Shown: positions 45,601 through 54,865 of the stretch, in pieces | Layout of the letters: every line of letters starts with the position of its first letter | Position numbering within the stretch: the first letter of the stretch is position 1 | Assembly: GCA_004297945.1 (NCBI GenBank) | Contig: SCRC01000006.1 | Coordinates: 1,801 to 65,800 of the forward strand | Length of the DNA stretch: 64,000 nucleotides | Direction of reading: 5' to 3' | From: Candidimonas sp. | GTDB lineage: Bacteria; Pseudomonadota; Gammaproteobacteria; Burkholderiales; Burkholderiaceae_B | Position numbers and translations under genes: made by a program | The notes under the pieces: model-generated | The model's database searches: none | What the model was told of the DNA's origin: nothing | Seen by the model: the letters and a program-made list of their open reading frames with translations, nothing else

Positions 45601-46140
45601 AGTTTCACGGCGCCGTTCTTTGTAGCGCGATACGCCAGCCGCTTCTTCCAGAAAAACCCGCAACTCTTCGGGACGAGCCTCGATCAGCCGATTGATCATG
45701 CCCTGGCCAATAATGGCGTAGCCCCGCACACCCAGACCCGTACCCAGGAAAATATCGTGAATATCCCGGCGCCGCACCTGCTGACCATTGATCAGATAAC
45801 TGCTGGCCCCGTCGCGCGTAAGCACCCGCCGGACGGCGATTTCCGCGTAGGGGCTCCATTGGCCCGCTGCACGCCCTTCGGAGTTATCGAACACCAGTTC
45901 GACCGAAGCGCGAGCGGCCGCTTTGCGATGGCTGGACCCGTTAAAGATAACGTCCTGCATCGACTCGCCGCGCAACTCCGACGCTTTGGACTCGCCCAGC
46001 ACCCAGCGCACCGCATCGATGATATTGGATTTGCCGCAACCGTTCGGACCCACCACCCCCACCAACCGGCTAGGCGTGGGAATAACGGTCGGCTCGACAA
46101 AGGATTTAAAACCGGAAAGTTTTATCTGGGTCAAACGCAC
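42616..46140 (-). CDS. smc: chromosome segregation protein SMC
   Basis: GFKSF, GPNGCGKSN, coiled coils, LSGGE, LDEVDAPLD; GTG start. Confidence 0.96.
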   Translation of the reverse strand: MRLTQIKLSGFKSFVEPTVIPTPSRLVGVVGPNGCGKSNIIDAVRWVLGESKASELRGESMQDVIFNGSSHRKAAARASVELVFDNSEGRAAGQWSPYAEIAVRRVLTRDGASSYLINGQQVRRRDIHDIFLGTGLGVRGYAIIGQGMINRLIEARPEELRVFLEEAAGVSRYKERRRETESRLGDTRENLARVDDILRELGSQLEKLDAQAEVARQYRELQEDGEQKQHALWLLREESADEDQQKKQLAIAQAQAELDEALAGLRAGESALESRRQAHYAAGDAVHAAQGLLFEAGAQVSRLEAEIRHVVDARNRLQLRRTQLQQQIQEWGDQQTHCTEQIAQAQAAIEANVQHIGEARARAEDAQAHLPDIEARVRDAAGARDAMRSALARVEQNLALTAQTQRDADHQLQALELRHERLTQEMRELDTPDPARLEQLAAELKIVGAQVEESQGQLLEIEERLPRLDDERRATHAASAQEAQNLARLEARLTALDALQQDVQRKGALEPWLAKHELSGLGRLWQKLKIESGWETALEAVLRERMTALEVRQLENARAFVADAPPARLAFYQMPAAGPGPSAAQGLTPLASLLRMSDPDLRALLSDWLRGVYVAADLAASLAQRATLPDGALYVVQAGHLVDRHSVRFYAPDSEQAGMLARQREIENLQREIKARQLIADQVLGDVARAETAWQQVSQAMPAARLRVAELTRHLHDIQLEHSRLQQLVQQSGERTARLRDDLAEIVAQQEAVRANKEEAEARFEALDIELGEHQSVFSDAEISGEELARQAEQARGQLREMERAVQESEFAERTLLGRIADLTRNLQLAAEQARRGTDELEGLQGELFELDASAAQAGLQEALEQRAERENALNLARTELDNLAALLRAADEDRITQERLLEPRRARITELQLQEQAARLAVVQFAEQLDAHEADREQLRAALADRPQEWRRPNWLQSEVQRISRQIEGLGSVNLAALDELSAARERKGFLDSQYLDLQTAMETLEDAIRKIDRETRTLLQATFDTVNMHFGELFPSLFGGGEASLSITGDEILDAGVQIMAQPPGKRNSTIHLLSGGEKALTATALVFALFKLNPAPFCLLDEVDAPLDDANTERYANLVSNMSAQTQFLFISHNKIAMQMAKQLVGVTMQEQGVSRIVAVDIESALQLAEA

Positions 46141-46407
46141 AATAGACGAGGTATAAAAAGAAACAGACAGATCCGCCGCGCATACAGCCATTGCGCGGCT
46201 GCGAAAAAAACCAGACCGGAGCCGTTAACCAAACGGGAGGTCAGTTTTCTATGACAGCTATGATAGCGCAGCCTCGTCGGCGCCCTGGCCTAAATAACGC
46301 AAAAATCGCCCGGGCCGCATAAAATTCCATATAAATCCAAGGCTGACGCTATACTCGCTAACAATTTTTGCAGTTCCCGTTACTAATCCGCTGAACGAGA
46401 CATCCGA

Positions 46408-47712
46408 TTGAAAAAAGGCTTTTATCTGGTCATGATAGCCCAGGCGCTATCGTCCGTTGCCGACAATGCATTGCTCATTGCGGCCATCGCGCTTATCAGC
46501 GACTTGCGAGGACCCGACTGGATGGCGCCCATGATGAAGTGGTGGTTCGCCCTGGCCTACGTGGCGCTGGCCGCGTTTGTCGGCGCCTTTGCCGACTCGT
46601 ACCCAAAGGGCCGCGTCATGTTCATCACCAATGCCGTCAAGGTTCTGGGTTGCCTTTTGCTTTTTTCATATCGCAGCTTTGGCCTGGACACGAGCGGCCA
46701 GCTGATTCTGGTATTTTGCGCCTATACCCTGGTGGGGATTGGCGCCGCCGCCTACTCGCCCGCCAAATATGGCATCGTTACCGAGATGCTGCCGCCCAAC
46801 CTGCTCGTCAAAGGCAACAGCTGGATCGAGGGCCTGACGGTTCTGTCGATCATTTTCGGTACAGTGTTGGGCGGCGTGCTGGTCAACCCCCATGTATCGG
46901 CGATCCTGCTATCGCAGGCCTGGGTTCAGCTTTTGGCGCATACCCGCGCTGAAGCGGCCATTTTGCCTATCGGCGCCGTGTACATCCTCGCTGCCCTGTG
47001 CACACTGCTGATTCCACGCACCGGAGTCAGCTACCCAAAGCAATTGACCAACCCCATTGAACTGATAGGCTCATTCAAAAATTACGTCGTTATCCTGTGG
47101 CACGACAAACTGGGCCAAATATCGCTTGCGGTCACCACGCTATTCTGGGGCGCGGGCGCTACCTTGCAATTCATCGTCATCGAATGGGGAGCGCGTCATC
47201 TGGGCTATCGCCTGGATCAGGCCTCCATTCTGATGGGCGTGGCCGCCGTCGGCACAGTGATCGGGTCGATCCTGGCAGGCCGTGTTCCGCTCAAGCGCGC
47301 GCTCTCGGTCTTGCCAGTCGGGATCGTCATGGGCCTGGCGGTACTGCTCATGCCTCTGGTGCACCAAACCTGGGCCGTTTACAGCGTCTTGCTGCTCATC
47401 GGCGGCCTGTCGGGATTCTTTGTCGTGCCCATGAACGCGCTGCTGCAACACCGCGGCCACGTGCTGCTATCCGCTGGCCATTCGATTGCGGTACAAAACT
47501 TCAACGAGCAACTGAATATTCTGCTGATGCTGGCGCTCTACAGCGTGATGCTGTGGATGAATCTGCCCATCAATACCATCATCGTTATATTCGGTCTTTT
47601 GGTCGCCAGCCTGATGCTCGTCTTCATGCACTGGAACCGGCTGAACCATCGCGCCGACCCCACCCTGGAAAACAAGATCGGCCAGTACGGCCATGGCCAG
47701 GCGCTGCACTAA
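46408..47712 (+). CDS. lplT: lysophospholipid transporter (MFS)
   Basis: SSVADNAL, YSPAKYG, TTLFWG, VVPMNALLQHRG, SIAVQNFNE. Confidence 0.9.
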   Translation: MKKGFYLVMIAQALSSVADNALLIAAIALISDLRGPDWMAPMMKWWFALAYVALAAFVGAFADSYPKGRVMFITNAVKVLGCLLLFSYRSFGLDTSGQLILVFCAYTLVGIGAAAYSPAKYGIVTEMLPPNLLVKGNSWIEGLTVLSIIFGTVLGGVLVNPHVSAILLSQAWVQLLAHTRAEAAILPIGAVYILAALCTLLIPRTGVSYPKQLTNPIELIGSFKNYVVILWHDKLGQISLAVTTLFWGAGATLQFIVIEWGARHLGYRLDQASILMGVAAVGTVIGSILAGRVPLKRALSVLPVGIVMGLAVLLMPLVHQTWAVYSVLLLIGGLSGFFVVPMNALLQHRGHVLLSAGHSIAVQNFNEQLNILLMLALYSVMLWMNLPINTIIVIFGLLVASLMLVFMHWNRLNHRADPTLENKIGQYGHGQALH

Positions 47713-47714
47713 TT

Positions 47715-47912
47715 CCGTTTTGTAGCGACTGCCGTTTTGTGGCAGCAACCGTTTTGTAGCAGCAACCGTTTTGTAGCAGCAACCGTTTTGTAGCGACAGG
47801 CCTCGTGCCTGTCATCCATGCAAGATACAGTCTTGATTGTTGAATTGGCAGCCACAAGGGCTGCCGCTACAAGCGACGGATGCGTTATGTAGCGGCAGCC
47901 CTTGTGGCTGCC
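47715..47912. repeat. 17-bp tandem stutter, REP doublet (C+B) and REP B
   Basis: CCGTTTTGTRGC units at 47715, 47732, 47749, 47766, 47783; REPs 47789-47814, 47846-47871, 47888-47912. Confidence 0.93.
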
Positions 47913-48715
47913 GCCGAAACACTGGCGCGCGCCAGGTTCAAATCGCGCCATGCGTGGGCTTTGTCTTGAGGACGCGAGAGCAAAGAGGCAGGGTGATAGG
48001 TAACCACGAGCGGGATGTCGACCCCGTTTTCACTTTGAAACCGATGCGTCGCTCCACGCAATGCATCCAGGCCCGCCTCCTGACCCAGCAGAAACTGAGC
48101 TGCCAGCCGCCCCAAAACCACAATGCAGCGGGGATTCAGCAGCGCAATCTGGCGGCGCAAATAAGGCAGGCACGCATTTATTTCCGCCGCTGTGGGGATG
48201 CGGTTGCTCATTGGGCGGCATTTCACCAGATTGGTGAAAAAAACCTCGGACTCGGGATCCAGCCCCACTGCGGCCAGCATCGCATTAAGCAATACGCCTG
48301 CGCGACCCCGAAACGGTAATCCTTCACGATCATCCTGTTCGCCCGGCGCTTCGCCGATCACCATCCAGGCGGGAGACTGCACTGCACCCGACCCGAATAC
48401 AGCCTGGCGCCGATGCTCGCACAAAGAACACGCCGTGCATTGCTCCACCTGGGTCTGCAAAGCCGCCCAATCGGGCGCCACGGCCAGCGGCGGTTTTTTT
48501 GAAGCCGCAGGCACCACGGCCGCATCCCTGGCGCGTAGCGCCCGAGGCGCCACGGTTTTGGGCCGACTGGGCGGCGCGGCAGGCGCAGGAATCTCAGCGA
48601 CCGGAGGATTCTGTGCAAAACGCGCCAGAAACTGTCTGTCCAGACCTATTTCCTGCAAGCCGGCGATTTGCAGCGGGCTCAGTTCGGGCGAGGCCGGGCG
48701 CGACGGTTCATTCAT
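47885..48715 (-). CDS. family 4 uracil-DNA glycosylase (4Fe-4S)
   Basis: CTACSLC, GEAPG, KCRP, TYHPA. Confidence 0.9.
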   Translation of the reverse strand: MNEPSRPASPELSPLQIAGLQEIGLDRQFLARFAQNPPVAEIPAPAAPPSRPKTVAPRALRARDAAVVPAASKKPPLAVAPDWAALQTQVEQCTACSLCEHRRQAVFGSGAVQSPAWMVIGEAPGEQDDREGLPFRGRAGVLLNAMLAAVGLDPESEVFFTNLVKCRPMSNRIPTAAEINACLPYLRRQIALLNPRCIVVLGRLAAQFLLGQEAGLDALRGATHRFQSENGVDIPLVVTYHPASLLSRPQDKAHAWRDLNLARASVSAAATRAAAT

Positions 48716-50004
48716 GATCGGCCTGCGACATAGCCAGTGCTTTTTTCCAATACCCAGGCATCTTCACGCTCGCCATGGGCGGCGGGATAATAATTTTTGC
48801 GCACGCTCAAATGCTCAAAGCCATGGTGCTTGTAAAACGCGATGGCGCGCTCGTTGGACGGCCGAACCTCGAGAATCAGCTTGCACAGACCACGCCCCAA
48901 CGCCATGCGCTCGCAGCAGGCAAGCAAACACGCGCCCACACCCTTTTTCTGAGCATCGGGCGCCACGGCAATCAACAACACATGCCCCACATCGGGGGCA
49001 AACAGGGCCAGACAACACCCCACGACTTTGTCGTCCATACACGCCACCCAAGCGCCATAACCAGCCTTCAGGGCATCCTGGAAGTTGCCGCGCGTCCAGG
49101 GAAACGACTGGACCGCCCGTTCGATCTGCAGCACATCATCCAGGTCGTCCGGGGTCATGGCGCGCAACGATATCGCGCGTGCCACACCGCCGCTATCGGC
49201 GCCGGCCACTATCGATCCGGCCTTGGGGTTGCCGCCCAGCCCATGCTCGCGTTCCGCAGTGGTGTAGGCCACCTTGTCGCGCACATAAAGCGGGGCCGCC
49301 TGCTCGGGCGGCACACGCTCGCCACGCCGCCATGCCTGATAAGCCAGTTGCGCGACCGCCCCCACATCGGGGCGCAAAGGCTCGCCCAGCGCAACCTCGC
49401 CGCCCGCCAGCCCAGCCAGGTCGGGATAAGCCTCGAGTGCGTCGCCCACCACCCGCAACGACCGCAGCCCATGCTCGCGCCAGCCCGAAATTTTCCGCGC
49501 CAGCCAAAAAGATACATCGCCGGAATTCATTAAAATCGGCGCGCAAAGCTCTTGCCAGGCGGCGGGCGCCTCAGTGGCCGAGGCGGCCAGAGGGCAATAC
49601 ACTGCCAGGTAGACCTCGCCCATGCGAGCGTCCTGAACCACCAGGCGCCACGCGGACGGGTCGGCGCCAGGCCCTGTGGCGTCTTGCGCCGCCACCGCCA
49701 GCAGCGAGGCGACCGGCAACACCTGTAGCCCCAGAGCGTAAGAGATCCCTTGCGCCACTCCGCAGGCCACGCGCAAGCCGGTAAACCCGCCTGGCCCCTG
49801 GCCAAAGCCGATCGCGGACAATTGCTGGCGAACAATGCCCGCATCAAGCAAAACCCGATCAACCATGGGGAGCAGACGTTCGGCGTGCTGGCCTATTGCG
49901 TCCACCCCAGCGCAAATCAGGCTCTGGCGGCCTTCGACAACAGACAGCAAAGCCACGCCGCAGCGGCTTGACGATGTCTCCAGAGCAAGAATATAAGAAT
50001 CCAT
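48712..50004 (-). CDS. tsaB: fused TsaB (t6A biosynthesis) / RimI acetyltransferase
   Basis: ILALETSS, GPGGFTGLR, DARMGEVY, PLYVR, then GNAT domain PWT, LEVRPSN, YY, EDA in one ORF. Confidence 0.9.
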   Translation of the reverse strand: MDSYILALETSSSRCGVALLSVVEGRQSLICAGVDAIGQHAERLLPMVDRVLLDAGIVRQQLSAIGFGQGPGGFTGLRVACGVAQGISYALGLQVLPVASLLAVAAQDATGPGADPSAWRLVVQDARMGEVYLAVYCPLAASATEAPAAWQELCAPILMNSGDVSFWLARKISGWREHGLRSLRVVGDALEAYPDLAGLAGGEVALGEPLRPDVGAVAQLAYQAWRRGERVPPEQAAPLYVRDKVAYTTAEREHGLGGNPKAGSIVAGADSGGVARAISLRAMTPDDLDDVLQIERAVQSFPWTRGNFQDALKAGYGAWVACMDDKVVGCCLALFAPDVGHVLLIAVAPDAQKKGVGACLLACCERMALGRGLCKLILEVRPSNERAIAFYKHHGFEHLSVRKNYYPAAHGEREDAWVLEKSTGYVAGRS

Positions 50005-50139
50005 AAGCGTATTTTAATTGACAATGCTTGATGACGACTTTGCGCCGCCTGTGCGAAATATCTTTTCGAATGGCTTAATATGTAATATCTTGCTACTTAC
50101 CCCTATCCGTGTTCATTTTGCTCTGTTACATTTTCAACC

Positions 50140-50874
50140 ATGAATACTCAAAATCAATCACTATCACGCAAAATCCTAATTGTCGACGACGATCCTCGCC
50201 TGCGAGACTTGCTGCGACGCTATCTTTCGGAACAAGGATTCAACGTATTCGTCGCCGAAGATTCCAAAGAAATGAGCAAGCTCTGGCAGCGCGAGCATTT
50301 CGATCTCCTGGTGCTCGACCTGATGCTGCCGGGCGAAGACGGCCTGTCCATCTGCCGCCGCTTGCGTGGCGGGCACGACAACACTCCCATCATCATGCTC
50401 ACCGCCAAGGCCGAAGAAATTGATCGTATCGTCGGCCTCGAAATGGGTGCCGACGACTACCTCTCAAAGCCCTTCAACCCGCGCGAGCTGTTGGCCCGCG
50501 TCAACGCAATCTTGCGTCGCCGGGGCACCGAAGAGCATCCGGGCGCGCCCAGCCAGGAAAACGAATCGATCGAATTCGGCCCGTACGTGCTCAACCTGTC
50601 CACGCGCACGCTCACGCGCAACAATGAACAAGTGCCCATCACGACCGGTGAGTTCTCAGTTCTTAAAGTATTTGCTCGCCATCCCAAAATCCCGCTCTCG
50701 CGCGACAAGCTCATGGAGCTGGCTCGCGGGCGAGAATACGAAGCATTTGACCGCAGCCTCGACGTGCAGATCTCGCGTTTGCGCAAGCTGGTTGAACCCA
50801 ACCCGTCCAAGCCGGTGTTTATCCAGACAGTCTGGGGGCTGGGTTACGTTTTCGTGCCGGATGGCGGAAGCTAA
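50140..50874 (+). CDS. risA: OmpR-family response regulator (RisA-like)
   Basis: receiver DDD/DLMLP/KPF, winged helix DRSLDVQISRLR, QTVWGLGY. Confidence 0.88.
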   Translation: MNTQNQSLSRKILIVDDDPRLRDLLRRYLSEQGFNVFVAEDSKEMSKLWQREHFDLLVLDLMLPGEDGLSICRRLRGGHDNTPIIMLTAKAEEIDRIVGLEMGADDYLSKPFNPRELLARVNAILRRRGTEEHPGAPSQENESIEFGPYVLNLSTRTLTRNNEQVPITTGEFSVLKVFARHPKIPLSRDKLMELARGREYEAFDRSLDVQISRLRKLVEPNPSKPVFIQTVWGLGYVFVPDGGS

Positions 50875-50972
50875 ACAACAACATCCCTGTACAACAGGCT
50901 TGCGGCTATAGCCTGCTGGGTCATTAACGAATCAGGCTACCCAAGCAGGCGGTGGCTGTCAGGACAGCGTCA

Positions 50973-52367
50973 ATGACACCCCCGATACGACAACTGAAAA
51001 GGCTGACATCCCGGCTAAAGCTGGGCCTGTTCAGCCGATCCTTCCTGCTGTTGGCCGCGCTCATGCTAGTCAGCCTGGGTGCCTGGCTGCAGGTGTTCTT
51101 CAGCATGGAAGAAGGCCCGCGCGCTATCCAGATGGCGCAACGCGTCACCACCGCCGTCAGCATTACCCGCTCGGCGCTGGTGTATGCACCCACCAGTGTG
51201 CGCCCCGCCCTGCTGCTCGATCTGGCGACCAAAGAAAGTCTGCGAGTTCAGCCGCGCGAACCCACCGACGTGCTTGAACCTTTGCCCGACTCCAATTACT
51301 GGAATCATGTCGCCGCCGAAATCCACGATCGCCTGGGCGCCAAGGCGAAAGTCATGTGGGCGGTCAACCAGGCGGCCGGCATCTGGGTCAGTTTCGACAT
51401 CAACAAAGATCAGTACTGGCTGGTATTTGATCGTGAACAACTCGGCTTGACGGCAGGCATCGAATGGCTGGGCTGGGGTGCGACGGCGTTGCTGCTGGCC
51501 TTGATCGGCGCAGCGGCCAGCGTCAGTTTCGTGAATCGACCGCTGGCGCAGCTTGCCAAAGTCGCCCAACAGGTGGCGCGCGGCGAAACGCCCTCTCCGC
51601 TGCCCGAAAAAGGCCCGCTCGAGATTCGCGATATGAATATCGCCTTTAACCGCATGGCGCGCGACTTGCGGCAAACCGAGGCCGACCGCGAAATCATGCT
51701 GGCGGGGATTTCGCACGATTTGCGCACGCCCCTGGCGCGCATGCGGCTGGAAATTGAACTAAGCGGAGTCAGCGACGAAGCACGCCAAGCGATTGACGAG
51801 GATCTCGCTCAAATCGACCACAGCATCGGTCAGCTGATGGAATATGCGCGGCCCGCTGGCGTTGTTCCCGAGCAAGGGATAGACGTCTCCATAGTCCTGT
51901 ACGATCTGTATGAACGTGAACGCAGCCACACCGAATCAACAGGCAGCTTTCTGACGGCGAACATCGAGCCCGGCTTATACGCAAAAATCAGTGCCCATGA
52001 CTTGAAACGGATCGTCAGCAACCTGATTGAAAACGCCCGCCGCTACGGGCGCACGCCGGGAGAAGATCGCGCCTACATCCGGCTGGCAGTACAGGAAGAA
52101 GGCAATATCCTCGCCATCGAAGTGGCTGATCAGGGAGTCGGGATTCCGGAATCCGATATTGCGCGCCTGTTGCGCCCCTTCTCCCGAGGGGAATCGGCAC
52201 GTACCGGAGTCAGCGGCGCAGGTCTGGGCCTAGCCATCGTTGAACGGCTGCTGGGCCAGGTTGGCGGGCAGCTCAAACTGATCACTCGCCCGTCCTCCGG
52301 CCTGGTGGCGCGGATAGAATTACCTAAAACGCGAATTAGGAATTTTCAATTAGACAACAATAGTTAA
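50973..52367 (+). CDS. risS: EnvZ-like sensor histidine kinase (RisS-like)
   Basis: 2 TM, HAMP, SHDLRTPL, NLIENA, GAGLGL. Confidence 0.85.
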   Translation: MTPPIRQLKRLTSRLKLGLFSRSFLLLAALMLVSLGAWLQVFFSMEEGPRAIQMAQRVTTAVSITRSALVYAPTSVRPALLLDLATKESLRVQPREPTDVLEPLPDSNYWNHVAAEIHDRLGAKAKVMWAVNQAAGIWVSFDINKDQYWLVFDREQLGLTAGIEWLGWGATALLLALIGAAASVSFVNRPLAQLAKVAQQVARGETPSPLPEKGPLEIRDMNIAFNRMARDLRQTEADREIMLAGISHDLRTPLARMRLEIELSGVSDEARQAIDEDLAQIDHSIGQLMEYARPAGVVPEQGIDVSIVLYDLYERERSHTESTGSFLTANIEPGLYAKISAHDLKRIVSNLIENARRYGRTPGEDRAYIRLAVQEEGNILAIEVADQGVGIPESDIARLLRPFSRGESARTGVSGAGLGLAIVERLLGQVGGQLKLITRPSSGLVARIELPKTRIRNFQLDNNS

Positions 52368-52378
52368 TAGCGTAGAAT
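52314..52378 (+). promoter_or_regulatory. OxyR-like site and sigma70 promoter for ahpC
   Basis: ATAG-N7-TAAA-N7-TTAG-N7-CAAT abutting TAGACA-N16-TAGAAT. Confidence 0.55.
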
Positions 52379-52425
52379 TACATTCATCGGGCACACGCCC
52401 CTCTACAACCCCAACAGGAGCTCAC

Positions 52426-52974
52426 ATGAAAACTGTAGGCGATAAATTGGAGCCTTTCAAAGTTGCCGGCGTTAAACCTGGATTCAACCACCACGAAGAA
52501 AACGGCGTTTCAGCGTTCGAAGACATCACTGAAAGCTCGTTTCCCGGCAAGTGGAAAGTCATTTACTTCTATCCGAAAGACTTCACCTTCGTATGCCCTA
52601 CTGAAATCGTCGGCTTCAACAGGCTGGCAAAAGACTTCGAAGACCGCGACGCGATCTTGCTGGGCGGCTCGGTGGACAACGAATTCGTCAAGCTGGCATG
52701 GCGCCGCGAACACCCCGATCTGAACAAGCTGGGCCACTACCAGTTTGGCGATACCGCCGGCTCGCTGGTTGATCAGTTGGGCGTGCGCGAAAAAAGCGCT
52801 GGTGTCGCCTTGCGCGCCACATTTATCGTCGACCCCGACAACGTTATCCAGCACGTCTCGGTCAACAACCTGAACGTTGGCCGCAATCCGGAAGAAGTCC
52901 TGCGCATACTGGATGGCCTGCAAACAGATGAACTCTGCCCATGCAACCGTACCGTAGGCGGAGACACGCTGTAA
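52426..52974 (+). CDS. ahpC: peroxiredoxin AhpC
   Basis: FYPKDFTFVCPTE, GRN, LCPC. Confidence 0.95.
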   Translation: MKTVGDKLEPFKVAGVKPGFNHHEENGVSAFEDITESSFPGKWKVIYFYPKDFTFVCPTEIVGFNRLAKDFEDRDAILLGGSVDNEFVKLAWRREHPDLNKLGHYQFGDTAGSLVDQLGVREKSAGVALRATFIVDPDNVIQHVSVNNLNVGRNPEEVLRILDGLQTDELCPCNRTVGGDTL

Positions 52975-52990
52975 ATTCCAGGCTGTCCCC

Positions 52991-53012
52991 AAGCCCGGCT
53001 TGTCCGGGCTTT
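52991..53012 (+). terminator. hairpin after ahpC
   Basis: AAGCCCGG-5nt-CCGGGCTTT. Confidence 0.5.
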
Positions 53013-53039
53013 ATCGGCATATTTTAATAGGTAAAAACT

Positions 53040-53558
53040 ATGGAATTCCTATCAACAATCAAAGAGAATATCCCTGATTGGGCCAAGGATATACGCCTTA
53101 ACCTGGATGGCGTCATCGCCCGCTCCACCCTCAGCCCGGAAGATGCCGTAGGCGTCGCCCTGGCCGCTGCATTCGCCGCACGCAGCCCCGGATTGATGAA
53201 GGCGTTCAAATCAGGCTTGTCTGAAGCCGACGCCACGGGCGCGCTCACGGCGGCGGCCGTCATGGGCATGAACAACACCTGGTATCCCTACGTCGAAATG
53301 ACGGGCGACGCGCAGCTTAAAACCATGCCGGCTCAATTGCGCATGAACGCGTACGCCACGCACGGCGGCGTCGACAAGAACCGCTTCGAGCTATTCGCAC
53401 TAGGCGCCTCGATCGTGGGCAAATGTCACTTCTGCGTGAAATCGCACTTCGACAACGCGAAACAGGCCGGGTTCAGCACCGAGCAACTGCGCGACGTGGG
53501 ACGCATAGCTTCAGTCGTCAACGCGGCCGCCCAGGTGTACGCGGCACAAGGCCTGTAG
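53040..53558 (+). CDS. ahpD: alkylhydroperoxidase AhpD
   Basis: AKDIRLNL, MGMNN, CHFCVKSH. Confidence 0.93.
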   Translation: MEFLSTIKENIPDWAKDIRLNLDGVIARSTLSPEDAVGVALAAAFAARSPGLMKAFKSGLSEADATGALTAAAVMGMNNTWYPYVEMTGDAQLKTMPAQLRMNAYATHGGVDKNRFELFALGASIVGKCHFCVKSHFDNAKQAGFSTEQLRDVGRIASVVNAAAQVYAAQGL

Positions 53559-53567
53559 AGGACGACC

Positions 53568-53592
53568 TGTTGCGGCAGCCCTTGTGGCTGCC
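53568..53592 (+). repeat. single REP (type B, GTAG mutated to GTTG)
   Basis: TGTTGCGGCAGCCCTTGTGGCTGCC between convergent ahpD and ispF. Confidence 0.88.
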
Positions 53593-53604
53593 GTGCCCCT
53601 CCAG

Positions 53605-54090
53605 TTACGCCTTCTCAATCAACACTACTGCGTTCGCGGCAATGCCTTCCTTGCGCCCGATATGGCCTAGCCCCTCGCCGGTTTTGGCCTTGATGTTGAC
53701 CAAATGCGCCGCAATCTGCAAATCGGCGGCGATATTGGCGACCATGGCTCCTACATGCGGCGCCATCTTTGGGGTCTGGGCATGAATCGTTGCATCGACA
53801 TTGACCACCACCCAGCCCGCCTCCTTTAGTTTTTTATACACCTCGCGCAGCAACACCCGACTATCGGCTCCTTTATAAGCCGGGTCGGTATCGGGAAAAT
53901 GACGGCCGATATCGCCCAGGCCAGCCGCACCCAGCAACGCATCGCTTAAGGCATGCAGCAGGGCGTCCGCATCGGAATGACCCAGCAAACCATGGGTATG
54001 GGGAATCGTCACGCCGCCGATAATCAGCGGACGGCCCGGCGCCAGGGCATGCACGTCAAACCCCTGGCCAACTCGAAACGACATAGTCAC
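53605..54090 (-). CDS. ispF: 2-C-methyl-D-erythritol 2,4-cyclodiphosphate synthase
   Basis: [26 protein letters not shown]. Confidence 0.96.
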   Translation of the reverse strand: MTMSFRVGQGFDVHALAPGRPLIIGGVTIPHTHGLLGHSDADALLHALSDALLGAAGLGDIGRHFPDTDPAYKGADSRVLLREVYKKLKEAGWVVVNVDATIHAQTPKMAPHVGAMVANIAADLQIAAHLVNIKAKTGEGLGHIGRKEGIAANAVVLIEKA

Positions 54091-54100
54091 GAATGCTCCT

Positions 54101-54865
54101 TCATAGCCATTTTTCCATCAATTCAAAATCTTCCGGCCAGGTGACTTTGAAGTTGCGCGCCGAACCCGGAATCAGGCAAGGATGGTAACCAATACGCTCC
54201 AGCGCCTGCGCTTCGTCTGTCATCGTTATGCCACTTTCCTGTGCCGCTCGCAAGGCCTCGATCAATTGGCCTGCCGGAAACATCTGGGGCGTCTGTGCCA
54301 GCCACAGCGCATCGCGTGGCACCGTTGCCGACACCGCCACGACCGGGCCAGGCCCGCCCCTACTTTGCTTGACCGTATCAGCAACCGGTTGCGCCAGCAA
54401 TCCACCCGCACCGTGCTGCAGGCACGCGTCGATCAGCCGCCCAAGCGCCTCCGGCGGCAAGCCTGGCCGGGCCGCATCGTGCACCAGCACCCAATCATCG
54501 GCCTCCAGGTGAGCATCCTGCAACGCCGCAGTAACGGTGGCTGCGCGGGAAGGGCCTCCACAAAAACGCCAGACCGTGCGCGGCAAGCCCGCCAGAGCCG
54601 CCACCGCCCAGCCATCGTGTGGCGCTACGGCCACACGAACCTGCTCAACACGCGGATCGGCCAACAGCGCCTTGACCGCCCAGCGCAGCATGGGCTCGCC
54701 CTTGAGAAGCCGATACTGTTTGGGCAAATCCTCTTGCGCCACGACATTAACCGCCGACTCGTCGCCCGCCACGGCATCGCCTGCGCCAATGGCAGGAGCG
54801 ACACACATCCGAGCTCGTTCGCCCATCCCCGCAGCCGGTACAATCGCAATAATTTTTTTCGACAT
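54101..54865 (-). CDS. ispD: MEP cytidylyltransferase
   Basis: PAAGxGxR, PKQY, VHDAARP, AQTPQ, NFKVT; start ATG 54865. Confidence 0.94.
   Translation of the reverse strand: MSKKIIAIVPAAGMGERARMCVAPAIGAGDAVAGDESAVNVVAQEDLPKQYRLLKGEPMLRWAVKALLADPRVEQVRVAVAPHDGWAVAALAGLPRTVWRFCGGPSRAATVTAALQDAHLEADDWVLVHDAARPGLPPEALGRLIDACLQHGAGGLLAQPVADTVKQSRGGPGPVVAVSATVPRDALWLAQTPQMFPAGQLIEALRAAQESGITMTDEAQALERIGYHPCLIPGSARNFKVTWPEDFELMEKWL

Noticed and set aside
42919-49784. Long antisense ORFs (42919-44364, 44593-46254, 48192-49784) and similar ones elsewhere
   Set aside because: Shadow frames of high-GC genes (smc, udg, tsaB) with no protein motifs.
53543-53558. ahpD 3' end GGCACAAGGCCTGT matching the type C REP core
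   Set aside because: Only 14 bp, lacks the left stem and GCTAC tail, and encodes a plausible native C-terminus; probably coincidence.
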